DNA of 9,940 nt, taken from positions 1 to 9,940 of the forward strand of contig NW_002061128.1 in the NCBI RefSeq assembly GCF_000150275.1. Direction: 5' to 3'. This document shows positions 9,720 through 9,940 of this stretch, piece after piece. The stretch comes from Trichoplax adhaerens. Taxonomy: Eukaryota; Animalia; Placozoa. How positions within the stretch are numbered: position 1 is the stretch's first letter; each line of letters opens with the position of its first letter. The position numbers and the translations under genes are program-made. The notes below the pieces were generated by a model. The model was not told the origin of the DNA. It saw only the letters and a program-made list of their open reading frames with translations, and did not search any database.

Positions 9720-9940
9720 GCCTTTATCGAGTAATACTAGAGATTATTAATGCAAAATTAGAGTAGAAGTATTTGATACTTAGTTCATAAATCAGATGTT
9801 AATAAGATAACTGTAATAAAAAAATGTGATCAGATAGATTGGAGATACGATTTTAATTATTAAAAGGATAGCTAGTCATTCTCTTCAGATATAAATAGTA
9901 TAGTAGTTTCATTTAGATTGTAGGTTATGTATAGCTAGTT
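9720..9940. repeat. Diverged direct repeat; partner 343-562
   Basis: See partner. Offset is about 9.38 kb. Confidence 0.95.

Larger units (their letters stand above)
7742..9940 (-). pseudogene. Copy C: decayed tandem F5/8 type C-like gene segment, interrupted by a solo LTR; continues beyond the window
   Basis: PANSIGNYLKVNV...LISGDKFFIISY (~8828-8718), YSVLDNDLLYY..ILNNAY (~8695-8612), FYNYALFHLEIC (~8574-8539) and YNLNETTILFISEEND (~9923-9875). Homologous to both copy B and copy A. Confidence 0.58.

Noticed and set aside
343-9940. Stop-codon reassignment or RNA editing rescuing the discoidin frames
   Set aside because: Frameshifts and TE insertions also break the frames, and the GPCR is a normal stop-free ORF ending in TAA.

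Overview
AT-rich (roughly 30% GC by eye) eukaryotic, animal-type DNA with a 50-N scaffold gap. The composition and receptor style suggest a non-bilaterian animal such as a placozoan, which is inference only. The one intact gene is an intronless, minus-strand class A (rhodopsin-like) GPCR at 4507-5508. Most flanking DNA is not random: manual minus-strand translation gives many stop- and frameshift-broken fragments matching F5/8 type C (discoidin/FA58C) motifs in the correct order. They form at least three diverged paralogous copies (A ~343-2450, B ~6053-7691, C 7742-9940). Aligning B with C reveals a 542-bp insertion with TG...CA ends, a perfect 5-bp target-site duplication and an empty site in the paralog (probable solo LTR), plus a second, truncated LTR-like insertion in B. 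No RNA genes or CRISPR arrays were seen.
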